Origin: Selaginella moellendorffii
Lineage: Eukaryota > Plantae > Lycopodiophyta
Direction of reading: 5' to 3'
Length of the DNA: 64,000 nt
NCBI RefSeq assembly: GCF_000143415.4
Contig: NW_003314277.1
Coordinates: 1,213,139 to 1,277,138, forward strand
Shown here: positions 35,046 to 48,666 of the stretch, one piece after another
How the letters are laid out: every line of letters starts with the position of its first letter
Numbering within the stretch: position 1 is the first letter of the stretch
Position numbers and translations under genes: made by a program
The notes under the pieces: generated by a model
Database searches by the model: none
Told to the model about the DNA's origin: nothing
Seen by the model: the letters and a program-made list of their open reading frames with translations, nothing else

Positions 35046-36902
35046 GGGGGGGGGCTGCGGGGGGTTCCAAAAGTATAGTAGGGAGAGTGTGGGGGTTGGA
35101 GCCCAGTGGAGCCAGTTGGGCCAGGAAGGGCCAGTTTGGTCCAGGAAGGCCATACCCAGTGTTGGGTGATGAGCTGACCACTGGAAAGTCCAAGACTAGA
35201 GTGAATACGGACCGACAAGCGGGGTAGCTTGGTGAAGTGTTCAAGAGCCGGCTCTAGTTCCCCCGGGAGATCGACTGGCCGATGCTCCCAGTCCAAGTGT
35301 GGGTGGCACTACCTACTTGGATACCTGGTGTGGCTCAACGGAACCCGCTCTAAGCCCATGGCTAGAGCACCCAAGGGCAGAAGGCGAGGAGAGTACCCAG
35401 GTGGCTCGCGTAAGGCCACGATGTTCCGAAATGTTGTCCCAAAGGCCCAGACTATGGAAAGGAAGAGGAGCAGTCCTCTGGGGTAGTGACCAAGGACACA
35501 GTTGTGTGGTGAGGAAGTCCTAGAGGACCGTGGGACTTAGTGGTCGGGCCTGTGGGTCTCGATCCAGTGGCAATGTTGGCAAACACGGCCAGGGGCAGAA
35601 AGGGACTTAGTGGGGACTGACAGAGGGATGTTGGGGAAGGCTATTCCCCTTGTCGGTGGGCATCCTAAGGATGCTAAGGAGTGGATCTGAGATGACCACT
35701 CACGGATGGTGATGCAAGTGGTATTAGACTACCAGTGTGGCAAAGGTGATTGGGCATGGCCTTAGCGTAACGGGCTGCTATATCGGTGGTACCTTTGAGT
35801 GTCGGTCATGGGATCGAACACGTGGAGCACTTGGACCAAGTGCAAATGTTGAGTGGCATGGATGCCATTCTCGGGGCTAGCAAGTCCCAAGTCCTGGATT
35901 GGACTTATGGAGGTTGTGAATGAAACTCCTCCAAGTGGTTAGAGGTGTGGTTAAGTGACTAAAGTAGAATGGAAAATTTAGTCGCTTACAGCAAGATCTA
36001 ACTTGGTGAACCAACGACTTCGCCCTAGACGATCCAAAAGATCAGCAGTGTGAGGAAGAGGGTACACATCCGGGATCGTCACTTCATTTAATGGACGATA
36101 GTCGATGCAGAAACAAATACTCCCATCAGGCTTCGTCACAAGATGAGGTTCACATGCCCAAGGACTCCGCGACTTCCGAATAACACCCTTCTCCAACATC
36201 TCCTTGACGTTTGCACGTAAAATCTTGATCTCCTTGGATGACCGACGACAAACAGGAACCTTGATTGGACAAGCATCCCCGGTTGGAATCGGATGACGTG
36301 TGGCAATCTTGGCCCCAGACGATAGGTCAAAATCAAAGAGATCAGAATACTCCTTCATGAGCCGGTCAACAGCTGCAACACAAAGATCATCGGAGGGATC
36401 GGAAAAGGGAAGAGCAGAACAAGATGGAAACGTAGGAGGAAATAGTGGGGAAACAAAAGTAATAGAAGCAGAGGTAGAAGTAAAAGGACGAAAAGGTACG
36501 GAAGTGAGAGGAATGAATGAAATATAAGGAAGTATGAGACAAGGGGGAGAAGCCTCAAAGTCACACTTAGCATGATTGCGCTGCAATCAATCCATACCAA
36601 GAATGAGGTCAAAAGCTTGACTCAGCACCGCCCGCAATGACTGCAACTCAAGCTCAAGATTGCCCACATGCACAACCAGGTCCGCCTCATCTCGTGCACA
36701 TGCATGGGTACGGCCGTTGCCATAAAGAATGAAAACTGGATCCGCCGCACGACGCAAGTGTAGACGACAACGTGTGGTAACAGGTCGAGCAATAAAAGAT
36801 AAACTCGAACCTATATCAACCAACACGGAGAGAATAATAGGAGACCTCTTGTTATAAAAACGAGCTTGGAAAGTAAACACTGGATGAACTGGTGCCGAGT
36901 GA

Positions 36903-39900
36903 TCGTCTAGATCTAGCTTTTTTCCATTCCCTTTCTTTTGTTATTCCTTTTTAGGATTTTGGTTTAGATCTAGCTTTTTTACATTGTCTAGATCTTCTAT
37001 TTCCTTCTCACTTTTTTGTCGTTTCTCTTCTTTCGCTCTTTCTTCGTTTGTCTTTATGGTAGATCAGCAATCTCCTCCTTTGACTCTGGAGCAGCAGTTG
37101 GTACAATTGCTTGATGCTATGCGTTTGCAATTGAACAACCAAACTCAGTTGATGGCGGCATTCACGGCACGTGGTACAACCCCTCCTACTCTTAGTGCTA
37201 ATCCTCGCATTCGGCCGGAGTTCTTTCGTGGGAATCCTAGGGATGATGTGTACCATTGGTTCGATCACTTCACAGTGATTGCCACATATCATTCTTGGGA
37301 TGATGTTCGACGTTTGCGTGAGTTTCCCACATGTCTCCAAGGGACAGCATTGCAATGGTACAATGGCCTGAGCACAGCTACTCGTGAGGACTGGAGTGTT
37401 CTCCTGGACGTCTTCAAACGCGCCTTTGGACATGCCAACGACTATGATGATGCCTTCCAACAATTGCATCATATTTGCCAAGGGCCATCTGAGTCGGTGA
37501 TGCAATTTGGCGTTCGTTTCCGAAGTCTTTTACTTCGTGCGGAGCCAAATATATCGGAGCGGATCAAGCTAAGAATGTTGTGGCCAGCACTTCATCAAAA
37601 TTTTGTCGGACTTGTGCATGCACTTGCTCCTGCCACCCTTGACGATACTCTTTGTTTAGCATAGCGTTATGAGACGTCACCTCTTCCACTTCTCGCTACA
37701 CGTCTTTCAGCTCCACTTCCTTTGGGTGATGGTCCTGTTCCAATGGAGGTTGATGCTACTGCTGCTCGCGTCCAAGGACAAGGTCAAGGACGTGGTTGTG
37801 GTTGTGATGTTCGCTGCTAGGCGTGTGATGAAGTTGGTCATACTTATCAGCATTGTCGATAGTTTCCGAATTGGCGACCTCCATTTCCTGGGTGGCGACC
37901 TTAGCATCAGCAATGTCCTGTTGGTGCTACTGCAGTTGATGGTTTGGACACCGAGTTACATTCGGGAAACGAGGAGTCACGCAAGTAACGGAGGAACCTT
38001 GCGCAAATAAGTTAGTGACCCCTTTATCTTTCTTTCGGGAGTATCATCAAAGGGTTCACTCAGCACCGGTTCATCAAGTGTTTACTTTCCAAGCTCGTTT
38101 TTATAACAAGAGGTCTTCTATTATTCTTTCCATGCTGGTTGATACAGGTTTGAGTTTATCTTCTATTGCTTGACCTGTTGCCACATGTTGCTGTTTACAC
38201 TTGCGTCGTGCGGCAGAACCAGTTTTCATTCTTTATGGCAACGGCCGTACACATGCATGTGCACGGGATGAGGTGGACTTGGTTGTGCATGTAGGTGATC
38301 TCGAGCTTGAGCTGCAAGCATTGTGGGTGGTGCCGAGTCAAGCTTTTGACCTCATTCTTGGTATGGATTGGTTGCAACGCAATTATGCTAAGTGTGATTT
38401 TGAGGCTTCTCCCCCTTGTCTCATACTTCCTTATGTTTTATCCATTCCTCTCACTTTTGTACCTCTTTGTCCTTCTACTTCTACCTCTGCTTCTATTACT
38501 TTTGTTCCCCCACTATTTCCTCCTATATTTCCATCTTGTTCTGCTTTTCCCTTTTCTGATCCCTCTGACGATCTTTGTGTTGTAGCGGTGGACCGGATCA
38601 TAAAGGAGTATTCTGATCTCTTTGAATTTGACCTCTCGTCTGGGGCCAAGATTGCCACACGTCATCCGATTCCAACCGGGGATGCTTGTCCAATCAAGGT
38701 TCCCATTCATCGTCGGTCACCCAAGGAGATCTGGATTTTACGTGCAAATGTTAAGGAGATGTTGGAGAAGGGTGTTATTCGGAAGTCGCGGAGTCCTTGG
38801 GCATGTGAACCTCATCTTGTGACGAAGCCTAATGGGAGTATTCGTTTATGCATCGACTATTATCCGTTAAACAAAGTGACGATCCCAGATGTATACCCTC
38901 TTCCTCACACTACTGATCTCTTCGATCGTCTAGCGCGAAGTCGTTGGTTCACCAAGTTAGATCTTGCTTCTGGGTACTGGCAAATACCGATGGCCGCAGA
39001 AGATATTCCTAAGACTACTTTTCGTACACCATTTGGTTTGTACAAGTTCTTGGTGATGCCATTTGGTTTGAACAATGCTCCAGCATTTTTCCAGCGGATG
39101 ATGGACGAGGTTCTTTGCGATATACCGGAGGTGACTACTGACTTCATTGATGATGTCTTGACCACTCGAAGGGGACGTTGAAAGAGCACGCTCGTGATGT
39201 TTGTAAAGTGTTGGATCGGCTATGCGACATTGGTTTAAAGCTGAAGCGGTCGAAATGTGTGTTTGGGTCCAAGGATACAACTTATCTTGGGTACCGTATT
39301 TCTCGTGAGGGTGTGCAAGTTGATCCTGATAAACTTGTGGCGATTCTAAAGTTCCCTACTCCGAAGTGTGTGAATGATGTGCAATGCTTCTTGGGCAAGG
39401 TGCAGTATCTCGGTCGTTTTGTGGATCATCTTTTTGGTCGCACTGCACCGTTGCGAGCGTTGTTGAAGTCATCAACATCATCTTTCATATGGTCTCCGGA
39501 TTGTGAGCGGGCGTTCGGGGATCTCAAAGAGCTGTTGATGACTCCTCCAATTTTGGCATATCCTGACTACATTTGACCTTTTATCTTGCGTGTGGATGTT
39601 TCTAACATATGTCTTGGAGGTGTGTTGATGCAAGAGAGCTCGAGTATGCTTGGTCAGCACCATCTCATTGCGTATATAAGCCGTATATTACAACTAGTGG
39701 AAATGAACTACTCCACGACAGAGAAGAAGTGTTTAGCAGCAGTTTAGGGTTTCGAGAAACTTCATGCATATCTACATGGTTCTCGGACGTTACTTGAATG
39801 TGATCATGCTGCTATTACTTCATTATTGAAGCGGAAGAACCTGGTTGGTCGTACTGCTCGATGGGCTTTGAAGCTTCAGATATATAATTTTGATGTTGTT

Positions 39901-41663
39901 CATTGCCCAGGGAGTTCTATGGCTGATGCTGATGCCCTTTCTCGAGCTCCTCTTCCTTCTCCATTCTCTTCTCATGTTTTTTATGAGCTTGTTGTTCCAG
40001 CCTCTGTGGATTTTCTAGATGAGGATTCTGTGTCGTCGACAGTTGTTGTACTTGACGTTTAGTGTCCACAAGGCGCAGAGCAAGATCTACCTTCTCTTGA
40101 TGAGGTTCACGAGGCTCAAAAGATTGAGCCGTGGATTTGAAAGCTTCGAAATAGGTTTGAGAATCTTGCATCATTTGCTGATGACTTGCTTTTCCGGCAT
40201 TTACATCCTCAATATCGCCTTAAAGACGGCTTTCTTTATTTTTTGGGGACGGATCCTGATGATCATTTACGGCTGGTGGTACTTTCTATCTTTATTCTGC
40301 GATTTCTTCATGCCTACCATGATTCTCCTGTTCTAGGTGGGCATATGGGACATCGTCATGTAACTGAGAAGCTGCGCAGGTCTTTCTATTGGCTGGAGAT
40401 GCGACGTGATATTATTCGGTATGTGCGTAACGGCGTTTGGTGCCAAGCTCGTAATACTCCCCCTTGGGCTGCGGAAGAACAGTTGGAGTCAATTGCAGTT
40501 TCCCGTCCGTTTGAGTTGGTAGCATTTGATCTTATGGGACCTTTTCCACGGTCAACTGCTGGCAATGAGTATGTTATTATTGCTTCTGACTACTTGACTT
40601 GTTAAGTGGAAGTTGGTGTTCTTGCTAGCGCCTTTGCCACTGCTGTTGGATATTTCCTCCTCAATCTAATGGTGTTCTAGCATTCTTGTCTAGAGCTAAT
40701 TCTTTCGGATAATGGTCCTGCATTTATGGCTAAGGCATTTCATATTTTGACATCTCGGTTGGGGATACGCCACACTTTCATGAGTGCTTATCATCCACAA
40801 TCAGATGCTCTGGAGGAACGGCTCGTTCGGACATTCAAGGGGATGATTGCGAAGTATATGAACTTTCATCATTCAGATTGGGATGGTTATTTGCTGTCTC
40901 TTCGGTATGCATATGTCACAGGGGTGCAGAGTTTTGTTGGTGCTTCACCATATAAACTCCCATATGGTCATGATTCAATATTACTAACAGAGCTAGGTTT
41001 ACCTTCACAATTGCCACAAGATGCAGATGCTAGGTCATGGGATCAGTATTTGACGAGTATTCTTCCACTTGTCCAAGCGGAGTCTGCCGAACACTTAAGC
41101 TGCATACAAGTGGGACAACAACGGCGGTACAACTCCCATCATCATCCACCTGCGGAGTACAAAGTGGATGATTTGGTGTTAGTCTGCTTTCCCCATATTA
41201 CGGTACGTGGTTTATCTAAGGGGCTCCTTACACAGTGGAAAGGACCGTATCGGGTGTTGCGGCAAGTTGGACCACAAATTTATGAGGTTCGGTATGACGT
41301 CCAGCAAGCCAATCCTCCAAAGATTGTGCATGTACAGCGGTTGAAACACTTCATACAAAGGGATCAGGAGCAGTTAATACCACCTACAGATCTACCGATG
41401 CTTCCTTCTAACGTTCCTCCAAATCTCAGCCCATCTACAAGAGAACTCTGATGGTCTTCTATTGTTTTGGGAAGAGGGGATGATGTGAGGGCTTAGTGTA
41501 CAGTTACGATGCCATATACTAATATTAGTGTAGTGGGATTTTGGTAGCCATCGAATTGGTTTCAATCTGGACCACTCGCTCCTATATATAAGCTAGGGTT
41601 TTTGAGCTAATAGATATGCACATTTCTGTATTCCCTTTCCATATTCCATGCACTCCACATACA
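36903..41663 (+). mobile_element. Ty3/Gypsy copy B (gag-PR-RT-RH-INT plus 3' LTR; 5' LTR missing; multiple stops/frameshifts)
   Basis: Gag from 37056 (RIRPEFFRGNPRDDVYHWF...LQGTALQWY); RT 38201-39181 (KLDLASGYWQ, MPFGL, FIDD); integrase to 41451; PPT ~41469-41483; LTR 41484-41663. Confidence 0.92.
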
Positions 41664-42449
41664 AATATTTTAAGTATCTATAAATTCTTATGAATATTCT
41701 ATTATCCTGACTTTTATAATCTTAATAAACCTAAAAAAATAGATTTAACTATTGTTATTTTGATTATTAATGTTAAAAATTTGGAAGAATGTATATGTAA
41801 CAAAATTTTCCATTTTACTTTAATCATTTAACTACATTTTTAACCACTTAAAGATGTCTCACTCACAACTTTCATAAGTATTCATCAATTTAGGGTACTA
41901 CCTTAAATATAGTCTCTAATTGACTTTATACTTGGTTTAAATGTCTAACTTTTATATCACACAAGAAAAATACTATTGATATATCAAGCTCTTATATTAA
42001 AGATAAATCCATTTTCATTTGCCTCACTGGTAGTTTAAAACCATTTGTATCTATAAAACACTTTATTTCTTTCCTCTTAAAGTAACTGCAAAAAGGTAAT
42101 GGCTAACATTTTCTAACCCATTTGTATTATTCTAAATTAATTCTTTTTGTAATAGAATGAAATGAAAGAGATGACAATTTTATTAAATAAGCATAAATAC
42201 CAAAACTATCGTTTTTCTGAGCTATAATTAATTTAGTTATTGTGTAAAAGGCCAAGATTAAAAAATAGAACATTAATATTTTAAAAGGCATTATGAAGTT
42301 ACTCAGTTCTTCTGCTACTCTTTCACCTCCCTGTTGTTGGCACAACCTCTTATTCATACACCTCAGCATTGTTACATCAACTATCTAGTGAAAGAAAAAC
42401 CGAAACTTCAACTTCAACTTCATCTTCATATGGAAAGATGTTATGCTTG

Positions 42450-43189
42450 CTCTTTATGGTTCTGGAAGAACCTGAAGATGATCACCATCTCTGCACTTGC
42501 TCACTCCAGGCTGGATGCTGCTGCTGCTTACCAAGAATCTGGAATGGAGCTCATAGTCAAAGATGTTGGACGTCTTGCCGCCGCCTCCAAAGTAATCAAA
42601 CTCAGAGAATTCATAGGTAAATTTGTCTCTGGTGCGTTCTGCCAGGTTCTTGGACTTGATCAGCCTGATTGAGAAGCAGACCCTGAGCATCAATGTCGGG
42701 AAGTTCATACCGCCACTTGATTGTCTTGATCTCCATGGAGTGAACCGGAGAATAAGGGACGATCTGATGCCAAAGTTGCAAACTCGAGATTGAATCCTCG
42801 GGCCAGGAATTGATTCCCAAGGACTGGACGGATGTGCTTCTGTCTCTGCAAGACGCTGCTGATAATAATCTCTCAGGCATGGCCCTGCTCACTGTAAGTA
42901 CACGCAAAGTTCTTGATCTGGTTGCAGCTGAATTGACAACATGAAGGGAGCTGTACTGGGCGATGGCAGAAGTGATTCAGAACCCTTGGTCATACAAAAA
43001 CCGCATGAAGAAATCCAAGACGCAATTGGGACCAAGCGCCTCTAAGGCCTTCAGATGTCCCCAGCTTGTCTACATACACGCAATCCTGAAAGAGGCATTA
43101 GCCAGCTACACGGTTCCTTGGAAAGCATTTAGGACGAAAGTGTTTTGGATCTCTTCCGATTGCCAGATGTTGATGAGCACCGTGGAGCC
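42450..43189 (+). pseudogene. Cytochrome P450 fragment (left arm of an inverted duplication, 42268-43189)
   Basis: KDWTDVLLSLQ...LDLVAAELTT.RELYWAMAEVIQNP...LVYIHAILKEAL (I- and K-helix-like), with stops. Confidence 0.7.
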
Positions 43190-43244
43190 GTGGAGCACGA
43201 GTAGGTTTTCTCTGCGAAGGTTCTTAGCTGTATTTTAATCCAAG

Positions 43245-44366
43245 ATGCTGAGTAACCTTAAGGTTAGAGACATGTTGTTTCTTTCTTCTTATTGTTCTTG
43301 TGATGAGTATTTTATTGTAGGTGCTGATGATTGCCTTGCTTCTCAAAATGATCATGAGACGCCGGTTTTCAGTTTTACAGGTGAAACTTCGTGCATTTTG
43401 CTCTTCATGTGTTCTAACTTGTGGAAGCAGTGGGAGGCACTTGCTTTGCTACTGATTGGTATCAGTGTGAATCAGCTGCATACAACGCCAACTGGGACAA
43501 CAGTCGTCGTTCCGCTTCAATCCATTGCATATGTATACACCTTGATTTTTGTAAGTCAGATTTTCTTTGCATGCTGTGCTGTTTGCTCAATCTACGATCT
43601 CCGTTACAGGTCACTATGCCATCCATGGCGTCCGTGTTCAATGAACCGCGCCCTTGAGAGTCAGTTGGAGACAAGTGTTCATCTTCACTTGTAAATGTTT
43701 TTCTCTCTGTTTCTTTTTGCAGAACCTGTTTCTTTACAGTTATGGAGCGATGTTCACCTTTCTAGCGATTCTGGTTACTGCTGATTTTAGTGGTATGGCC
43801 TTTACTCTATCTGGTTTTTTTCTTTTTCTTAATCCATGTGCGCTTTGTCAGCTGGGAATGGGCTTAATCGGGCCACTCTCGGGCAACAATGTTTCTAATC
43901 TTCAACAACGCAGCGCAAGGAATACTCTCTTGCTTCTTTTTAAAATATGCCGGTAAGTCTTGAACTTTTGATGTGGCGTTTCTATAGGTGCGTTTTTCCA
44001 GATGCAATCTTGAAAAAGTACTCGTCTACTGTTGCAACAATCTTTACGGCTTTGGCTTCTGTCGCCTTATTCGGCACAAACTGACAATCAACTTTGTCTT
44101 AGGAGTATCAATTGTTATAATTTCTCAGGTATCCTCGTAGCTCTATTGCAAATACTCTGCTAACGTAATAATGTAACAGTTCTTCTCGGCACTAAGCAAA
44201 ACGAAGGACGAAAAGCTTGACAATCAGATGGACACGTTCGTTGACAAGCATAACACTTACACGAGGTAACCTATATATTTGACCTCCATTTGTGCGTTCT
44301 AAGTTTCACCCTTCTTTCCTTTAGGCCCAAGGATGATCGATATGACTGCTGGTGCTGGTGAACAGG
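43245..44366 (+). pseudogene. Nucleotide-sugar (CMP-sialic acid transporter-like) transporter, 5'-truncated with introns
   Basis: MLSNLKV, QWEALALLLIGISVNQL, AYVYTLIFVTMPSMASVFNE, NLFLYSYGA, ILKKYSSTVATIFTALAS; frameshifts present. Confidence 0.75.
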
Positions 44367-44925
44367 TATGGACTTCGATATTATGTGCTATGTATACTTA
44401 AATCCGGTGCTAACAGGCAAATCTTAAAGTCGTTATACTGGATGACAGACAACCTTTGCTTCCTACTTAAGCTCGAGCGCAGTAATAGTAGTATATGGAG
44501 CAGCATACTGTACAAAACCGCGGTGATGGGTAAGGAGACGGTAGCGTTTCCATTCAAGCTAATTTTTGCTGAGGAAGGTTTGAGTGGCTGTCTCAGAGCG
44601 AATGCACACGAGCTAAATAAGATGGGGGGGAAAGATGACTGTGATTTCCTCAAGTTACAACCGTTTCGTGTTTTCTTTTTCTTTTTCCAGTGAGGTGCCG
44701 TAGCAGACCGGGCTTGCTTGTTCTGTTCTATATTTTCGGCGTCTACAACTTCACTTGTCTCTGGAGCCACAGTGGTACAACAGGCAGCTGGCCTACGAGT
44801 GCGGCCTTTCGGATGCTACTGTTACCCTGGATTGCCGCTGATAGTATCAACAGCTTGGTTAGTTAAATCCTCTTCTATTCACTGATTGCTGTTTTCTTTC
44901 TTTCCTTTTTTTAAAATTTTTTCAG

Positions 44926-45913
44926 ACCGCGGACGAGTTTCGCAATCTTCAAACTGTGCTGAAGGAAGCTGCTTTTAACAAGACTGTCATCGTGACTCCT
45001 TTGAATAAGGCTTGGGCATCAGAACTGCTATCCTACTTCCTGGCTAGCTTCCAAGACGGTGACGATACGACTCACCTTCTTCCGACGCTGCTGATCTTCA
45101 CGTTGGATCCATCTGCGCACAAGAAATGCCTGGAAGCTCATCCGCACTGCATCCTCCTTGAGAGCAATGGCGTGGACCGGCTTCTCTTTCAGCAGAGAAG
45201 CCGTACATGACTCGGGACTACTTGAGAATGACAAGGAAGAAAATATCGTTCTACAGATGGGATACAACTTCATCTTCTCGGTAAAACTTTGAACCACTTT
45301 CTCCTTGCCTTCCTGTACTAATTCTTCTCCAGGAATTGTCTCCAGGATGCAGACGTCTTGTGGCTGCGAAATCCCTTCTCGAATTTCTCTCCGGAAGCAG
45401 ACGTGGAGCTGGCTTGTGACTTTTTCAATGGCAACGAGACGGACATTCGCAACCAGGACAACACGGGGTTGATGCACGTGAGATCCAATAACCGGACGAT
45501 CGAGCTCTTCAAGTACTGGGACAGGCACGCCAAGTTCTACTACCACATCCACGACCAGGAAGTCTTCGACAGGATCAAGCTCCTCGCCGAGTTCCGGGCC
45601 ATAGGAGCCAAAGATTCGGTTCATGCCAACGGAGGTTTTCAGTGGGTTTTGCAAGCCAGCCAGCGACATGGAAAGAGTTTGCACCATTCACGCCAACTGC
45701 TGCCAGGGCCTCCGCTCCAAGCTTGCGGATTTGCAGCTCGTCCAAGAGGACTGGAACCATTTCATGCGGACCAGGAACAGAGCAAATCGGCCCAAGAGGT
45801 TTCGAGCTCCGAGGATATGCCTCTTCTCGGCCTTTACGTCGAAACCGTGCTACAGGTCTTGCTACAGTAGAAGTTTGAATGTTTCCGTTAAACTTGTTCT
45901 TCGATGGGACTAG
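44926..45913 (+). pseudogene. Nucleotide-diphospho-sugar transferase (GT77-like), frameshifted
   Basis: TVIVTPLNKAWA, GYNFIFS|DADVLWLRNPF, NTGLMHVRSN, HDQEVF, FSGFC...TIHANCCQGLRSKLADL; reading frame breaks near 45185 and 45610. Confidence 0.78.
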
Positions 45914-46018
45914 GAAAACTTGTTTTCATCAGATTTTCAATGAGTTCTTGTAAGTGCATAATGCTTCCTGTTTTGTGAATTGCCAGTTTTCACCCTCATT
46001 CATATAGAGATTTGCAGC

Positions 46019-46910
46019 TCAGCTGGGGAGTTGCAAAGTTAGCTCTGAAGCCAGCTTGCTTGTTTCTCTATCAGGTCGACCGAGTTTTGATCCGGTGGAA
46101 GGCTGGGCTTGCAAAACTGCGAAGGGGATGAAACGAACAGCAACTGGATGCCCCGGGCACATCCTGCATCCAGCAGAGAATGGGATCGTCTCCCGAAAGG
46201 CTCCACGGTGCTCATGGACATCTGGCAATCGGAAGAGATCCAAAACACTGGCCTAACCCAGAAGACTTTCGTCGTACCGTGTAGCTGGCTAATGCCTCTT
46301 TCAGGATTGCGTGCATGTAAGGCAAGCTGGGGACATCAAGAGGCGCTTGGTCCCAATTGCGTCTTGGATTTCTTCATGCGGTTTTTGCATGACATAGGGG
46401 TTCTGAATCATTTCTGCCATCGCCCAGTACAGCTCCCTTCATGCTGTCAATTCAGCTGCAACCAGATCAAGAACTTTGCGTTTACTTACAGTGAGCAGGG
46501 CCATGTCTGAGAGATTATTATCAGCAGCGTCTTGCAGAGACAAAAGCACATCCGTCCAGTCCTTGGGAATCAATTCCTGGCCCGAGGATTCAATCTCGAG
46601 TTTGCAACTTTGACATCAAATCGTCCCTTATTCTCTGGTTCACTCCATGGAGATCAAGACAATCAAGTGGCGGTATGAACTTCCCAACATTGATGCTCAG
46701 GGTCTGCTTCTCAATCAGGCTGATCAGGTCCAAATAGAACCTGGCAGAACGCACTAGAGACAAACTTACCTATGAATTCTGTGAGTTTGATGACTTTGGA
46801 GGCAGTGGCAAGATGTCCAACATCTTTGACTATGAGCTCCATTTCAGATTCTTGGTAAGCAGCAGCAGCATCCAGCCTGGAGTGAGCAAGTGTAGAGATG
46901 GTGATCATCT
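46019..46910 (-). pseudogene. Cytochrome P450 fragment with heme-binding motif (right arm of the inverted duplication, 46198-47058)
   Basis: Reverse complement of the 42.3-43.2 kb arm, extended by IPFSAGCRMCPG (FxxGxRxCxG). Confidence 0.78.
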
Positions 46911-48408
46911 TTAGGTTCTTTCAGAACCGTAAGGAGTAAGCATAACATCTTTCCATTTGAAGTTGAAAATGGAGTTTTAGTTTTTCTTCCACTAGATAGT
47001 TGAGGTGTATGTGCCGAGAGGAGTAACTTTATAATGCCTTTTAAAATATTAATGTTCTTATGTGTGTATGGAATATAGAAAGGGAATCTAAAAAAGGTGT
47101 ATATCAATTAACCCAAATAAAAGCAAGTGGTCTAAATTGAAATCACTCTAACAACTACTAAAATCCCACTGCACTAATATTAGTATATAGCATTATAGTT
47201 GTATATTTGGCTCTCACATCATCCCCTCTTTTCGGAATAATGGAAGATCATCAAAGTTCCTTCATAGATAGGTTAGGATTTGGAGGAATATCAAGAGGAG
47301 GCATTAATGAATCTATAGGGGGTTATTAATTGTTCCTAATCCCTTTGTATGAAATGTTTCAATTGTTGTATATGCACAATTTATAGAAGATTGGTGTGTT
47401 GAATGTCATGCTAAACCTCATAAACTTGCAGTCCAACTTGCTACAACACCTGATATAATCCTTTTCATTGCCCTTTACATAAATCATGTACCATAAGATG
47501 ACAAAAACAAACTAACACCAAGTCATCCACTTTATACTCTATATGTGGATGATGATGGGAGTTGTAGTGCCATTTTTATTCCACTTGTACGCAACTTAAG
47601 TGTTCGGTAGATATAGCAATTGCGAAAGTAAACCCAACTCTGTTAGTAATATTGGATTATGACTATATAAAAGTTTATATGGTGAAGCATCAATAGAACT
47701 TTGCACCCTTATGACATATGCATACCAAAGAGATGGCAAATAACCATCAAGCTCTATTTCGTTAAAGTGGGATTTATTCAGTAAAATGGGACTAGGTACA
47801 AATTTTCAAGTATTTGAAAATGACATGAAATTATATGTTTTTTGTCCAGGGGCTAGACATATCTGGGGCATGGTGACTAGCGCGGTGACTTTGTGTCCAG
47901 ACTGAGTCCATCTGGTTGTATAATAAATCTCATTGTCAAGATGAACAAGCCGAATCTGAAGCTAAAGAAGAGCGATGGCATGCGCGCACACACTATTTGT
48001 TTGTTCATTAAGCGTGTGGTGAGCTTTCCAAGATGAACGTCATTCCTATTAGCTAGACATATAACTTAATGGTGAGAACATTTAGATATTATTCAATGTT
48101 ATCTTTTTCTAACGAATCTAATTGTGAAGGTGTAGCAAGAGGCATTGCTAGTCTGGAGAAGTCATTTAACTCATTTGACCCTTAGTGTATTTTCATGAAA
48201 CTAAATAACATTCATATTATTAAGGAATTTCTCTAGTACCTTTTTTTTACGACATAGAGGCTTGCATTTCTTTCAAAGGTGATTTAGTAAAAGGCCTGAG
48301 GGCACATGCCATTCTATTTCTCAGACCGGTATTAAGATATACTAGTGCAAAGGGAAAAAGGTATTTGGTGATCAAGTAAATGGCATGAGGGCACACGCCA
48401 TTATAAGC

Positions 48409-48666
48409 CTAAGCGCTAGTGGACACCTCCTTTTTGGTACTCTCAGCGGTACTATCATCCTTCTCCGGGTCAGTTGTTTTGCTTTGGATTGTTGTCTTTG
48501 ACGTTACTGGGGCGTTCTCGATAGTTGTTAATGTTACCGTTTGTTCAGAAAAATGATCACCTGGAGTATAGTACGGGGAGTTTGGAAGACTTATATATTC
48601 TACATCTTCACCTATTTCCTTCTCCGTCTCCTTTTCTGCCTCACTTACAGATTTTGTGCTTGCCAT
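48409..48666 (-). CDS. Putative 85-aa acidic Ser/Thr-rich small protein within the transposon
   Basis: MASTKSVSEAEKETEKEIGEDVEYISLPNSPYYTPGDHF...; TATAA about 40 bp upstream; no recognisable domain. Confidence 0.35.
   Translation of the reverse strand: MASTKSVSEAEKETEKEIGEDVEYISLPNSPYYTPGDHFSEQTVTLTTIENAPVTSKTTIQSKTTDPEKDDSTAESTKKEVSTSA

Larger units (their letters stand above)
28299..35990 (+). mobile_element. Non-autonomous (LARD-like) LTR retrotransposon, 7.7 kb, non-coding structured interior
   Basis: LTRs 28299-30094 and 34235-35990 (TG..CA); TSD GCAAG at 28294-28298 and 35991-35995; PBS TGGTATCGGAGC at 30098-30109 (tRNA-iMet type); purine tract just before 34235; no gag/pol ORF in 30095-34234. 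Confidence 0.92.
24446..36902 (-). mobile_element. Ty3/Gypsy LTR retrotransposon copy A (PR-RT-RH-INT plus 3' LTR; 5' part missing; two nested insertions)
   Basis: Protease (LVDIGSS) ~36880-36587; RT split at KLDLA|SGYWQ by the 28299-35990 element; FIDD motif; RNase H 27800-27396; integrase HHCC and D,D(35)E at 26238-24868; PPT 24623-24637; LTR 24446-24622. Confidence 0.92.
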
